Shown here: positions 42,316 through 56,500 of the stretch, piece by piece
Numbering within the stretch: position 1 is the stretch's first letter
Layout of the letters: every line of letters starts with the position of its first letter
From: Octopus vulgaris
Taxonomy: Eukaryota
Assembly: GCA_951406725.2 (NCBI GenBank)
Contig: OX597826.1
Coordinates: forward strand, 39,370,001-39,434,000
DNA: 64,000 nt
Direction: 5' to 3'
Notes under the pieces: model-generated
The model's input: only the letters and a program-made list of their open reading frames with translations
Told to the model about the DNA's origin: nothing
Database searches by the model: none
Made by a program: the position numbers and the translations under genes

Positions 42316-43145
42316 GTACACACTCATTTCCATCGATGCCCTTCCGTACCCACCTACAACCACATTTGTATCTGTGCGTATTTACATGCATCCACACACG
42401 CACAACCAATGGTGATAAAGTTACCAAAAAGTTATATAACTCTCGATCTATATGCGTTTCTTTGTGTTCGGTTAAGTAGATATTGATCACTACATGAATG
42501 CATACATGAATGATTTAATGTTAAGTGTTTGCTTAGTTCTGGCGTTCGTCTCAATCAAGTAGAACAGTACGCTATTTATGTGTGTGTGAGTGTGTGTATT
42601 TGTTTGTATGTGTGTGTGTGTGTTTGTATCACGCAATGGTTTGATAACATTGATATTGCTTAATCTTCTCTAATGTTTGGATAATTCTCTCCCATCAACC
42701 ATAGAATCACATAATGTCAGAATCGCACAGAAGACCGTTGCGATGGTCAATATGATTTTATATCATTTTTTGTTTGTTTGAGCTATCTTTAAAGATCGCA
42801 TATTTTTGTATCGTTCGTTTATTGAAATGCAGTTTACTTTTTGTCTGGTGATAGAACATTTGAAGTATTTTCAAGAAGGTGGATTTCTTTACTTCTCTTG
42901 CTTTTTTTTTGTATTTCACACTCTCCAGCGATTACTGGAAGCATCATTTGCTTGAAAAGGTTGACATATTATCGCTTGTAATGGTTTCTCTTTATTCGTC
43001 GAGATGAAAGAATATAGGAAAAAAGATGAAAATGAGGCAAAATTAAAAAAAGAACGATAACAACTATAAAATATAAAAAGAAGAAACTGTTTTTAATGGC
43101 GTGACTCTAATAGAAAATGTGGAAACAAATTTAATGATGATGATG

Positions 43146-43183
<38 letters not shown>

Positions 43184-43220
43184 AATAATAATAATGATAA
43201 TAATAATAATAATAATAATG

Positions 43221-43251
<31 letters not shown>

Positions 43252-43254
43252 TAA

Positions 43255-44180
43255 CCGCAACACAGAAGAGTTAGATTACTATTAAACACTGAACTTAATC
43301 CTAAAACTAGGATAATTGGGATAAATATGCAAGCCATACCAAGCATAAATTACAGCTTCAACTTAATAAATTGGAAGATCAGTGACTTGAGAAACTTAAA
43401 TAGGAAAACCAGAAAACTATTAACAACATACCGAAGTTACCACCCCAAACCAGACACCGCTCAGAAGCAAGTCGCAGCTTAACACAGATGGACAACTACT
43501 ATAAAATAACAACAGTTGGACTAGAAAAATGCTTAGAACCAAAAAGTGGGAGACATGTAATAAAACAACAAGAAAAAAAAGAAAACGCTTTTCTATATAC
43601 TCAAGGAAGCAAAAAAAACACAAAAAAGCAAAAAACAAACAAACTGCACCGATTCGCTGATCTCAGATGACAACATAGCAAAAATGACCAAAGAGACAAA
43701 AAAGAATATGGAAACAGAACTACAATACAAACTAAAAAAGAAATAGAGAAAAATCACTCCGTGGCCAATACCTTGCAAGGCTTTACAGAGATGTTATACT
43801 AAGTAAAAGCTAGCAATGGTTCAAAAGCTTTCAACTAAAAGCAGAAACGGAAGGACTGATTCTCGCTGCACAAGCCCAATGTTCCACCACGATGCAAATT
43901 AATGAAAACCGGTCCTAACACTAAATGCAGAATGCGCAATACGAGCACCATTAGAGAGTTGACCACATCATCGCTGGCTGTCGAATTCTTGTCAAATTTG
44001 AATATATATACGCGTAAGTAGTTATATACACTGGACAAAATACCAACACTACAACATAAAAACTAAGAAGAAATGGTATAAACATGTGCCAAACAAGTGA
44101 TCCAAAAGACAGCATTGTTAGGTACAACTATCATTCTAAGGAGAGTATTGTCACAGGAGAAAGCACTACTTGAAATCTTT
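43255..44180 (+). mobile_element. R4/Dong-like LINE fragment, heavily decayed
   Basis: AIPSINYSFNLINW, LNRKTRKLL, LKAETEGLILAAQ, CRMR...HIIAGC; begins at (TAA)n. Confidence 0.7.
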
Positions 44181-44784
44181 GGTGATTTGTTATTGCTTGC
44201 TTTCAAGTAAAGAAGAATCGGAAATTAAGAACTATCCGAGAGTCTTTCAGAATAACAATAATAAAAAAACTCGCTCTCATGGCTTCTGATCTTAACAGTG
44301 CTATCATGTACATGGTGTGAAAGATGAGCTACAACAAATATTCTGCTTGTCAGTTGTCTGATTTTGACAGTTTGAGCACTTCCCTTAATGGCTGACAATA
44401 TGTGCATCTCTGATCACGAGCAGATGTAGTGGGTACGCATCAAAGCTATGCTTTGAGAGGAATTCTTCTGGGTTTGAATGATTCCCCTCTGGAAAAATGG
44501 GTGTTTCATTCAAAATCCTTAAACAATCCTAATACAGGGACCTTTCGAGCAGGATGGGCTACACGAGTTGAAGGAAAGTGTAACAGGGCCCTACCGGCAA
44601 GGTCATGCGCTGTATATCTTGATATGAAATCACTATGTCGTGCATTTATAGTGATGCTTGTGCCTGGTGTACGCTTATCAGACGAGTAGTCATGATAGGT
44701 ATACTGGGCTTCGTATATTTGTACCTCAGTATCACTTTGATGGCATGCGCTGGTTTCTCACTCAATAATAATAATAGTAATAAA

Positions 44785-45600
44785 TCATACGTCTACAGGC
44801 TTTATCTCCCTCAAAAGGACGGCAACAGAAGACTAATCCAGCTTCAAACCTCGTATAAAACGACCACGATAGTTCTTCAAGTGTACATGCAAATTAACAG
44901 CGACGGGATGATACAGTTGGTAAAGCAACATGAACAGAGTAAGAAACTGCAATCAGTCTGAAAGGAAGCATATAAATGCACACGAGAACTTAACCTTCCT
45001 GATTATGATCAAGATAAGGACACACCGCCCTCTAAAGCAGCAAAAGAGTGTAAAACAAGAAAGCTTGAAGGAAATATCAAGGCTGTGGAAAGAAAAACCA
45101 TTGCATCGGCATTACCCCAAACGAGCTGGGGGAAGCTGATGAAGATCTGTGGCTGTAGAGTGTTAGTTTGAAAGCCGAGGCAGAAGGATTCATACTAGCA
45201 GCACAAGACCAGAGTCTCCTCACCCGGAACTATCAAGCTAATGTCACACAGAATGAGGTAGACATAATTTGTAGACTCTGCAATAACAAAACTTGAGAGT
45301 ATTCACCACATTGTTGCCCTTTGCTCAGTCCTTTCCCTACAGAATATAAACCCAGGCATGATCGAGTTGGCCAGTACTTGCACTGGATAATATGCCGTCA
45401 CTGGATAATATGCCTGGAAAAGTTCAAGAAAGTTAGGGACAAAATGTCTGACTAGATCCTGGGAAACCAACAATCTATGAGACTCAAAAGATTGTGCTGA
45501 CATCAACCGCCCACATTCTCAGGAAGTTTCTCTGCACCTAATATACACATGCCTTGGGTGTCTGATTGAGACTCGGTCAGAAGATGAAATAAAAGGCAAT
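44785..45600 (+). mobile_element. R4/Dong-like LINE 3' fragment
   Basis: RLYLPQKDGNRRLIQL, WKEKPLH, LKAEAEGFILAAQDQSLLTRNY, CRLC...HHIVALC; flanked by (TAA)n. Confidence 0.75.
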
Positions 45601-45674
45601 TCAATCGGAAAATTAATAATAATAATAATAACAACAACAACAACAACAATAATAATAATGATAATAATAATAAT

Positions 45675-45705
<31 letters not shown>

Positions 45706-45719
45706 GTAATAATAATAAA

Positions 45720-45985
45720 TCTCTAAACGAGGTATAGACAGTAACTGCACCACAATGTGAAGTATATTTGCCATCTAAATATGGCTAACCACTAAGGGTG
45801 GATGTTACTGTAGCTTGTAGCCCCAGGAGAACATCTTCTCCAGCTGACCATTGACACACTTTCTGTGCCCTATCGGTATTTGCAAAGAGAGGTCATCCTT
45901 CCCTCGTCAACCTAAGTGATACGCACGGACTGAAGTTTCTGGGTATTGACCCCGCATCAGCGCACGACAATCACCGGTTTTCGAA
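45720..45985 (-). mobile_element. Diverged solo copy of the 353-bp hammerhead repeat family (hammerhead at 45922-45966, core mutated)
   Basis: Reverse complement is colinear with the 56 kb unit: cgtgcg CTGATGC gggg tcaata ccca GAAA cttcag TC cgtgcg ... gggaaggatgac...ctggggcta...cacccttag...ggttagccatatt. Confidence 0.85.
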
Positions 45986-46008
45986 TAATAATAATAATAA
46001 TAATGATA

Positions 46009-46043
<35 letters not shown>

Positions 46044-46321
46044 AGCTGCAGCATATTATTATTGTCATTTTAATTTTTATCATTAGCTATTATAAAAATA
46101 ATAATATGCTGCAGCTGCTAATACTAAATACTACTAATACTACGAAAATAATACTACAACTACTACTATTATGATAGCACAGGAATCCGAAGCCCAAATA
46201 CCACCCTTACCACTACCCCACCCCTACTACTGTTGCTGTTGCTGCAACCACAGTTGCTACTATACATAAAAACAATAATATCAGTGATATCAGTGATGAT
46301 AATAATAATAATAATAATAAT

Positions 46322-47185
46322 GAAAGGAAAGGGGTGGAGCTTCATGGACTGATTAATAATACATCTAGTGATGGTATCGCAATAAAAACAGTGGTAACTG
46401 CGCAACCTGATAATCGCTACCTCATATGAGTGACAATGAAAAAACAAAATATTGTGAATAACGGTGCTAATGAAACTGAAGCCAATGATGGTGACAGTGT
46501 TATACCCCGTAGGCTCGGAGATTCTGGTCCGGCTCCAGCCTGTCGATATCCAGAAAGGGACCACCACACACGGTGTAGATTGAGCAAGCAAATTAATGCT
46601 GTGGTCATGGAGTGTTACTACATGAGCAGCCCGGTAGATGAAAATGGTGCTCAAATTAGGGTTACCGACAACGCATGTATGATCATTAGAGAGAAAAGGG
46701 ATTGTTTCAACTCACGGAACAGAGACAATGTGATCAAGCTAGAGCAATAAGAAAAATTGTTGGTTCACAAAAGTAGAGCTAGAAGCTATCAAAAGAGGGG
46801 TCTTGGAGAAGAGCATCAGGGATAACAATGAAAATACAGTTCATAATAATAAGAGTAATCTCATGGCACAGGAAAGGAACATTGGTAGTTTACTTGATGA
46901 GAGACATAGATGATCTAAAAGAAGACAATAAAACTAATAGCGACATGACAGATGAGCAAAAGGCAATTTACGACAGAATAAAAGTAAGACTATAGGAGAA
47001 CGATAGCGACATTATTTGCAACCGTAAAAAGGTTGATCGATGGAAATTGAACCAAGAAACGAAAACTGTACATGAAATTCTGAAATACATCACAACAAAC
47101 AACATCACAGAAACAAATAATTTGATCAAGGCAGCAAGTATTGTTGTAGCAGAAAACGTGGGTGTTGATGCCAAGAAAGAGAAAA
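46322..47185 (+). mobile_element. R4/Dong-like LINE 5' end
   Basis: VVMECYYMSSP...; ILKYITTNNITETNNLIKAASIVVAENVG; starts at (TAA)n. Confidence 0.7.
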
Positions 47186-47624
47186 TACCAGGGCTTCGCA
47201 ACCATTTTTCCCTTTCTGTACACTTATATTCTTTACAAAATCCGGTAGCGCTGCGGCACATCTCGCATCGTGTTGTGGCACACTGGTGTGCATAAAGTTT
47301 GCGGAGCATTGGGTTATACAGGTAGATTTAGTGTTCTTTTACTCTAGATAAGCCTAAATAAAATCTGTCTCAGTATGTCTCTCCATATATGTATATGTAT
47401 GTATATATCTTTGTATATGGGTATATATATGTGTGTGTTAATGTGTGTGCGTGTGTGTATGCATGCAGGTGTGCGCGTTCTTCCACTTTTTGATGATAGT
47501 AGGCTGTGTGATTTAAGAAAATTAGTACATTTTAGTTGCTGATAGTGCTTCGTTTTAACCCATTAGTGCCTCAATTCTTTTTTTATTACCCCAAATCTTT
47601 TTTTATACAACTTTATCTGATACT

Positions 47625-47711
<87 letters not shown>

Positions 47712-48919
47712 TTTATTACAATATTTGAAAACACTCCAGTCTCGATGATTAATTAAAGATATCTCAGAAAAATACAGGTGTTGCAGAAATATGATGGATT
47801 ATCCTTCTGGTCCTAAAAAAAGTACCATGAGTGCTAAAGGGTTTTAAATAAGTCCTGATCCAGCAGACCAATACTCAAAGATATTCCCGCTAGGACTATA
47901 CTGTCATTTCCTTTTTTATCTAATTCGTCTCTTGATAAAAATGGAGCTTATGCTTGGATAGTAATTTGGTTGCTATTTCTCGCATATAGGGAATCTTCTC
48001 TCGTTGTGGATTTATATCTAACATTCCTTTAGAGCTATTGTTTGGGTCATTTTGAGAATTGATTTCTAATATTAAACAGAAGAGAAAATTCTCAAGTTAA
48101 TTCAATTCTCCAATCTGAAAGCGTACAGGAACTAATTTTGGTCGAGACACTTGATTTAAAATCTCTGTAAGGGATTTTGTCGGTGTTCGGTTGTTTCTAT
48201 CCTACTACTATTGAAGAACATCTTGAATATTCACAGAGAAAAAAAAATCATAATATATTGAACAACATCACTATGATACAGCAACAGTATGGCTTCGCAC
48301 ACCCACACGCGCGCGCATGAGCATGCACGCACACACATATTTATGAATAAATTTCTAACATTTAACAGTGAAAGTATAGGCTTCGTTTTAATGGTCTATT
48401 TAAGTTGCAAAGTACATTTAATTTATTGCTCGCTAAAACGAAAAGGAAATTGAAAAAAAATAATGTATAAAAATAAAATATATTTTAATTATATTTTCAA
48501 CCACTTGAAAGAAAAAAATAAACAAAAACAAAAATGCGAAATCAAATAAAGGATAAAAATCTTTAATAATTATTTAAAAATTCCCAAACTCAATGACAAA
48601 TGACAATTATATATATGAATAATTTGTCAAGGTCGTTGATATCACCAATAAATATTGCATATTAATGTTTAGCATTGCACTCTGGTTTATTTGAATGTAA
48701 CAATAACTTTTCAATGTTAATTTATAAACGTCCACGTCATGGTAGTTATCGAATGCGCTTCTAATGAAATTTATATTCGGAAGTTATTAAGATTTGTTAT
48801 AATTATAGTTTTAAGGAGTTTTAAGCAATAAAAAGAAGTTACGATTTGAATATTTAATTTTTATTTTTCTGATGGCTTCCTCTGCTATTTTATAATTTTA
48901 ACAGTAAAAACAAAGTGGA

Positions 48920-49410
48920 TAAGGAAGGACTTTCAGCGGGTTGGCTTTCTAGGGTTGGGAGAAATGGGCCAGGTTGTTAATGCGGGCCTGATAGACATCG
49001 GTGTTGATATAGGAGAAACGAATATTTCGGGTGAACAGGGGTGGAGGTGTGATGCAGCTAGTTGGATCTAAGACACGGAGGGCGTTAAAGGAGTGACAGT
49101 AATAGAGAAAAAAGAAGACTGTCTATGGAGTGGAATTTATAGTTTGTTGTTGGATGTTCCCTTGCCCATCAACCGTGTTTGTTTTGGATGATGCGATCTA
49201 AAAGTTGCTTTGGGAGTCGCAGTGATGTTTCTTAAATTCGATTGTGGCCTGTAAAGCGTTACCAGTTGTTTGGGGTTGAAGTAACTTCTGGCTCTAAAGT
49301 TGAGTGTCTAGGCAAATGAAATGCAATGTTGTCTGTTTATGCTGTGAGATAAGAGGGAGAGATCATCAGTGATTGTGAGGTGTAACATTCGGGACACTTT
49401 GAAGGTTTTA
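48920..49410 (-). mobile_element. Decayed CR1-group LINE ORF2 fragment
   Basis: MLHLTITDDLSLLSH...FRARSYFNPKQLVTLY resembles the post-RT thumb region. Confidence 0.45.
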
Positions 49411-49489
49411 ATTATGAATTGGCCATAACTAGGGAGGGAGCACAGCAGAAATGTTGTTTTAAATATACTCGCACGCACGCATACACGTT

Positions 49490-49584
<95 letters not shown>
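49490..49584. repeat. (GCAC)n microsatellite
   Basis: Visible directly. Confidence 0.95.
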
Positions 49585-49585
<1 letters not shown>

Positions 49586-50003
49586 ATGCTGAGGCATTGT
49601 GTCTTCGTAATTTTAAAGGGTACAAAAATGTCAGGCTGCCAACAGCAAGTATTTCCGAGATCTTTGTTCAGTGCAACAGTGGATTGGTTTTGGCAATTTT
49701 ATATTATCTTTTAGATAATTTCTTGCTTATGAAGCCAGAATATGATGTAAATAAGTAGAATTAAAGCAATAGCACACTCGATATAATAAAGGAAATAAAA
49801 TACTATTTGCATGTGAATGAAGTAGTATATCTATTAATAGACAAATGATCAGAAGTATGTTTTCATACAATATAAAGTAAAAGTGGTTACAAGAAGTGGA
49901 TGTAAATATTGATATAACTAAAAGCATAATTAAAACTTTGTTCCAGTTACATATATATAAATATAAGTTACATATATATAAATATATATATATATATTTA
50001 CCT

Positions 50004-50261
50004 GGCTGTGTGGTAAGAAGCTTGCTTACCAACCACATGGTTCCAGGTTCAATCTCACTGCGTGGCACCTTGGGAAAGTGTCTTCTACTATAGCCTCGCG
50101 CCGACCAAAGCCTTGTGAGTGGATTTAGTAGACGGAAACTGAAAGAAGCCCGTGTACTAGGCTACAAAAGAATAAATCCTGGGGTCGATTTGCTCGACTA
50201 AAGGCGGTGCTCCAGCATGACCACAGTTAATTGACTGAAACAAGTAAAGGAGTAAAAGAGT
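50004..50261 (+). mobile_element. SINE family A with internal deletion
   Basis: Head joined directly to the 3' tail at about 50153. Confidence 0.85.
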
Positions 50262-50278
50262 ATAGGCGCAGGAGTGGA

Positions 50279-51970
50279 TGGACGAAAAGAATAATTACAC
50301 CACCGGGTAGAATTGTTGTTATAAAATCACTCCTCATTTCAAAATTAAACTATCTCTTCCTTACTCTCCCAAATCCACCGGGTAAATTTCTCCAGAAACT
50401 AAAAATATCTTTTAAATTTCTCTGGTGTGGAACACCTGATAAAATTAAGAGATTTGTTGCTTGTAAGCCTGTTAAAGAAGGTCAACTTGATATGGTCGAA
50501 GATTTTGCTTACGCTAGCTCTTTAAAGCTATCCTGGATGAGAAAGTTGCTGGACATTCACTATGAATCAAAATGGAAGCACTTATGTTATGCCTCCTCCA
50601 CAAAACTGGAATATTTAGCTGTATTTGGTAACGTTTTCCCTAGCAAACTGGCAAACACTATCAGGAATGACTTTTGTAATGATTGTATTTCTGCCTTTGA
50701 CAAGTTTACAAATAAGATAGAGCCTAATTCCTTTGATGAATTCATAACAGAGCTAATTTACTTTTAATAAACACTTAAGTGTCGGTAAATCTTTTTCCTT
50801 GCGTGGTTTGAGTGAGGTGTTAGCCAGATTCGTGACTTTATCAATTTAGATGGATCTCGCCGTAATATAGAAGAATTCCAGAAAATTTTAAAACTAAGTA
50901 CAAATTTTCTCCTGTATAGTGGGCTTATCAGGGCCATTAAAAGCTACCAAAATTAAAAATAAGCAAGCCTACTGTTTCCAACATGCTGAGGATAATACAG
51001 TTATCCGAAAGCTCATGTCTGTTAAGAAAGGAACCAAACAATACTACTAGGTTTTAAACATTGTTGATGCTTGTTTAATATTCAAACACGAATAGGAAGA
51101 GTGTATGCTTGCTGAACTGGAATGGGAAAAATATTTTTACTACCTATAAAGACAACAGATACTAAACTACGATGGTTCCAGTTGAGAATTATACAAATAT
51201 TCTAGCAACTAATTCTCTACTACTTAAGATTAAATTGGCCGAAAGCAACCCGTGTACTTTTTGTCAACGTGAGGTGGAGATGATATCACGCCTTTTCTGA
51301 TATTGTGAATGTGTACACGCTTTTTGGTAGCCCTTTTTAGATTTGATGTATGAAAAGTGCATACATGTTCGCAACATGACCCACAACTCATTCTGTTTGG
51401 GTTGAGCAAAAAAACACATATATTGATGGTATCTATGGCTAGCTAATATTATTAGCAATCTTTTTAATATATAAAAGTAAAGTGTCAAAAACCACTCTCA
51501 TCTTCAAACATTTTAGATACTTTTTGCACGAGAGATACCTAATTGAAAAAAACAACAACAAAAAACAAAAAACAGATCATAGAATGAAAGAAAGCAAGAG
51601 GAATTTTATAAAAAGTGGAGGCTCTACCATGAGTCTTTAAACGCGTGGTAGTCCTCTAGACTCATTTCTTGTAGAACTGCATTAAGATTTTATGAGTGAT
51701 TGACGAGCGAATGTGTAGTAGTGTGTAGTCTATTTTATTTTTCTCTGTTTTTATTCTTTCTTTTCTTTCTCTTCTCTTTCTTTGTTTTTTTTAAAAATTT
51801 ATTTATTGATTTATTATTATTTATTTATTTGTCTGCTTTCTCTTTTTCTTTCTTTTCAAAATAAAAGGTCCTGTTCTCCATTTGTTTTATACAGAACTTG
51901 ACGGTCCCCTGGCCGTGCTGTCTTAAATTAAAACGGAGAAAACTGTATATAAAACAGTTAATTATAAAAA
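50279..51970 (+). mobile_element. L1/Tx1-clade LINE 3' fragment
   Basis: WTKRIITPPGRIVVIKSLLISKLNYL...FLWCGTPDKIKR...EGQL; knuckle CTFCQREVEMISRLF*YCECVHAFW; T-rich 3' UTR. Confidence 0.85.
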
Positions 51971-53175
51971 ACCTTGATCGAATAGACTTAGGGTAATATG
52001 TGATTCAGTCATGGTAATCTGACACAGTGAATGAAGAAATATATTGCATAAAATGCCCTTCCTTATTTTTAAATGATGAACGTGGAAAAGTTGATGCTAT
52101 TTTGAGCAATCTAAGTAAATGCATAGATGCTTCCTCGCTGGCTTCTATTCTTGTTTCGATGGTAATGATGATACACTTGGTTGCTCTGTTGGTATCTGTG
52201 ATGGTGGTGGTGTTAATGATGTCATTGCGGTTGTTTAATTAAAAAGCTGGTCAATGCTAAACAAGCACTCGACTCGTAGCAAGTGCACTTTTCCCAGACA
52301 TTTTTATCTATTATTGCGTTATGTATTTATCTGTACTACATTATGTATTAATACATTATACATTTTCAGTGTCTAAACTGCTGGCATGTGGTTTCAGAAA
52401 GTCATTTGTAACAGACCGAGTGATCATGTAGTGCCATCTTCATTCTATGATGAATTAAAAAGAGGTGGTATATGTCTGCACCAAAAGCGTAATACCTTTG
52501 CCTGTGACAGTATACGAATTGTCCTTCTTTAGACTGGTTAGTCGTACAGTCTAGACTATTCTCAATGCAGTTGGTCGGTCGGGATTGTTGATATTGCTTT
52601 CATTGTAAATAATTATTTACTGTGCCGAGAAAAGTCGGTCACTTTTGAGAAGTGTAAAGTTCCGTTAGTCTCACAAAAACTTGTTATATTTCTGTTGGTG
52701 TATTCGGTCAGTTTTGTCTGCAATTATCAAGATGAATAAATACAGTAGCAGCAGCAGCAGAAGATATTAATGAAATACAAGAATAAATTTCAGAAGGAAG
52801 ACATATAGTCGGCTACTGTTGCAGATGATTCATTGAATCGATAGTTTATGGCAAAACGGTTGGAACAACAGATGTATTTTTCATACAAATAAAATAACAT
52901 TGTTGAGGTTGATATTTAGCAATCTGAAGCTTTTATTGAGCACTTTAACCATGTTTATCGCATCCTTTATTCTTCAATATTGAATGTATTTTATTTATTT
53001 AATGATTTGAAGATGATTTAGTTGAAGGTTCTAACTCGTTGAGTGACCGATTATAGGCGTTCAAATACTGGAAAGTCAACTCCATATGGTATGGTGTACT
53101 ATGTGCAGCAGAGGTGGGAGAAATCAGGCTATTGACAGCGCTTTGATTCTCAATATTAATGAAGACAAAGAATCT

Positions 53176-53360
53176 TTAGCACATCGGACAAAATGCTTAG
53201 CGGCATTTCGCCCGTCTCTTTACGTTCTGAGTTCAAATTCAGCCGAGGTCGACTTCACTTTCATTCATTCGGGTCGATAAAATACAGTACCAGTCAAGTA
53301 TTGTGATCGATATAATTGAATTATCGCATCCCCCAAAATGCTGGATTTGTACCGAAATTT
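53176..53360 (+). mobile_element. SINE family B
   Basis: aaatgcttagcggcatttcg...gagttcaaattc..gaggtcgactt. Confidence 0.7.
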
Positions 53361-53513
53361 GAAAAAATATATTCCCGAAGTTATTGTTTCTTAAAATAAT
53401 AATCTTTAACTGCATGCTAATATACAACAAGGAAATAATTCTCTCTGTCCTTCTCTCACTTGCACACACAGATATGTAATAAAGAATAAACGCTATATAT
53501 GCAAACGTATTTG

Positions 53514-53577
<64 letters not shown>

Positions 53578-53777
53578 AGTGGCCTAGAGTCACTGGTACA
53601 TCTGCTCAATCCGTAGAGAGTGGTACTTTCCAGTTTGTCAACAGGAACTTAACTATATACTTGCAAAGGCTGAAAATTTCGGATCTAGAATTCTGTAGTG
53701 TGGTAGAGTTCTTAGATCTTGAAAGGATCTGAGTTCTTTCCCCTATCTTTTTTTCTCTTTATATATATATAAAATAT

Positions 53778-53857
<80 letters not shown>

Positions 53858-53887
53858 GTGTGTGTATGTGGCTCTGTGTGTGTGCGT

Positions 53888-54076
53888 AATTGTGTGGTAA
53901 GAAGCTTGCTTCTCAACTACATAGTTCCGGGGTCACTCCACTGCGTGGAACCTTGGGTAGGTGTTTTCTACTATAAGTCCTAGGGTCGATTTGCTTGATT
54001 AAATCCCTTCTAGGTGGTGCTCCAGTATGACTACAGTCAAAGGATTGACACAAGTAAAAGATAAAAAATAAAAGAT
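53888..54076 (+). mobile_element. SINE family A, diverged and deleted
   Basis: Head plus 3' tail. Confidence 0.7.
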
Positions 54077-54139
54077 ATATTAGTTACTTCAATCATTAGA
54101 GTGAGGCGGCTTTCAAGAATTTTTGTCGAAAGAAACGAC

Positions 54140-54446
54140 ACTAGTACTTATTTATTGAAGCCTGGTACTTATTCTATCGTCTCTTGTGCCGAACCGCTGT
54201 GTTACGAGGGTGTAAACAAACCAATAACGGCTGTCGAGTGGTGGTGGTTGACATCCACACGCACACGCACACACACTCACGCATGTACAACAGGCTTCTT
54301 TCAGTTTCCGTCTACTGAATGCACTGTCTTTGGTTGGTCGGTCGGAAGCTAGAGAGGAAGATACTCGCCCAATGTGACATGCAGTGGGATTGAACCCGGA
54401 ACCATGCTGTTGGGGAAGTAAACGTCTTATCACACAGTAAAGCCAT
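54140..54446 (-). mobile_element. SINE family A, diverged
   Basis: Reverse-complement match (ggcttctttcagtttccgtctac; gcagtgggattgaacccggaaccatg). Confidence 0.75.
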
Positions 54447-54447
54447 C

Positions 54448-54541
<94 letters not shown>

Positions 54542-55562
54542 CAATATATATCCTGAGAGGATGGAACAGATAGTTAGATAGCGATATAGACAAAAAGAAA
54601 AATGTTTAATAAGTTATGCGTCCCACCCTCTCCCCAACTGTCCTGAAGCAATAATATAAACGGAAGAATCCATCTAATATGAATTTTGCAGTTAAAAACA
54701 TGTTTCTCGTCACGAAGAGGGATTAATCTTTGATCTAATCATATGAAAACCTTCTTATATTATTGTTGTTTATCCATGTGTAACTGTTATTTAATTCCAA
54801 TGGAAATAACAAAATAAATTACTCTAAAAGAATCTGCCTCCATAGCAGCTACTGCAATTATAACAAGAGCAACAATTTGACTAACAAAACAAATAAAAAT
54901 AAATAAATCATTGAACTGTGAATTCTCTGACTCAGTTATTGCTTTTTAACTCAAGTCAACCCTAAGAATGCGCATAAACATCTAAAAGCATCTGGTCGTG
55001 ACTGTTCCATTGATTTTGTATATCGGTGAGTATATTATCCAAACTGTCCCTTTTAAAGGCTGGTATTGTTTAATAAGGTGAGCATGAAGTGGCTAATGCT
55101 CATCCCTAAAGACTTCATCATAATGTATTTCAGGCTAGTTTGTCTTTTGACGCCCATATATTTCCAGGCTGTATCCATTGCAGAATTAGAACACTAGATT
55201 TAAATTTATCATTACAGCTGCTCAATCCGTAGAGAGTGGTACTTTCCAGTTCGTCAACAGTTCGTCATTATAAAATTACATTTGTGCAAAATATTACATT
55301 TAAATCAAAAGAGGTCAGTCTATTTCCAATCGATCGTAATCCGTTTCAATAAAGTGCATATTAACATTCAGAGATGTCAACGTATTCGTAATTGAACCTA
55401 TTTCCAACACATAACCTTAACAACTATATCCAATACATAATCTTAACTTTTCTTTGAACTGACAAGTATTTGAACTGATTTTTCGCATCAATAAATTTTA
55501 CACAGAAAACACATCTCAATAAATAATTGCATGCATAGTATCAACATTCAAGCAAAATATAT

Positions 55563-55997
<435 letters not shown>

Positions 55998-56102
55998 TTA
56001 TCATTGTTTGATTTCACTTTTTCAATATCAGCGACAGTGGACGCTGGAAAAAGTATAAGTATTTGTGAAGGAAATCTTATTCTCGGCGACAACTATGATT
56101 GT

Positions 56103-56147
56103 CACACGTTGACGAGAGGTCAATACCTCGAAACTCGAGTCCGTGTG
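56103..56147 (+). ncRNA. Type I hammerhead, copy 1 (core C3>U variant)
   Basis: cacacg TTGACGA gagg tcaata cctc GAAA ctcgag TC cgtgtg. Confidence 0.8.
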
Positions 56148-56455
56148 TATCATAAGTTGAAGACGGGAAGGATGACTTCCCTTTGCAAATACTGACAGGA
56201 CACAGATAGTGTGTCTATGGCCAGCTGGAGGAGTATGTCCTCCTGGGGCTAAAAACTACAGTAGCATCCACCCTTAAGGGTTAGCCATATTGAAATGGCA
56301 AAAATACGTCACGATGTGTTACCGCTACTGTATATAACTCACTTTGATATTTATCATTGTTTGATTTAACTTTTTCAATATCAGCGACAGTGGACGCTGG
56401 AAAAAGTATAAGTATTTGTGAAGGAAATCTTATTCTCGGCGACAACTATGATTGT

Positions 56456-56500
56456 CACACGCTGACGAGAGGTCAATACCTCGAAACTCGAGTCCGTGTG
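56456..56500 (+). ncRNA. Type I hammerhead, copy 2 (intact core)
   Basis: cacacg CTGACGA gagg tcaata cctc GAAA ctcgag TC cgtgtg; predicted cut after 56494. Confidence 0.92.

Noticed and set aside
56220-56310. Possible second (HDV-like) ribozyme in the array unit
   Set aside because: ggctaa/ttagcc can pair, but P1.1 and J4/2 elements could not be placed
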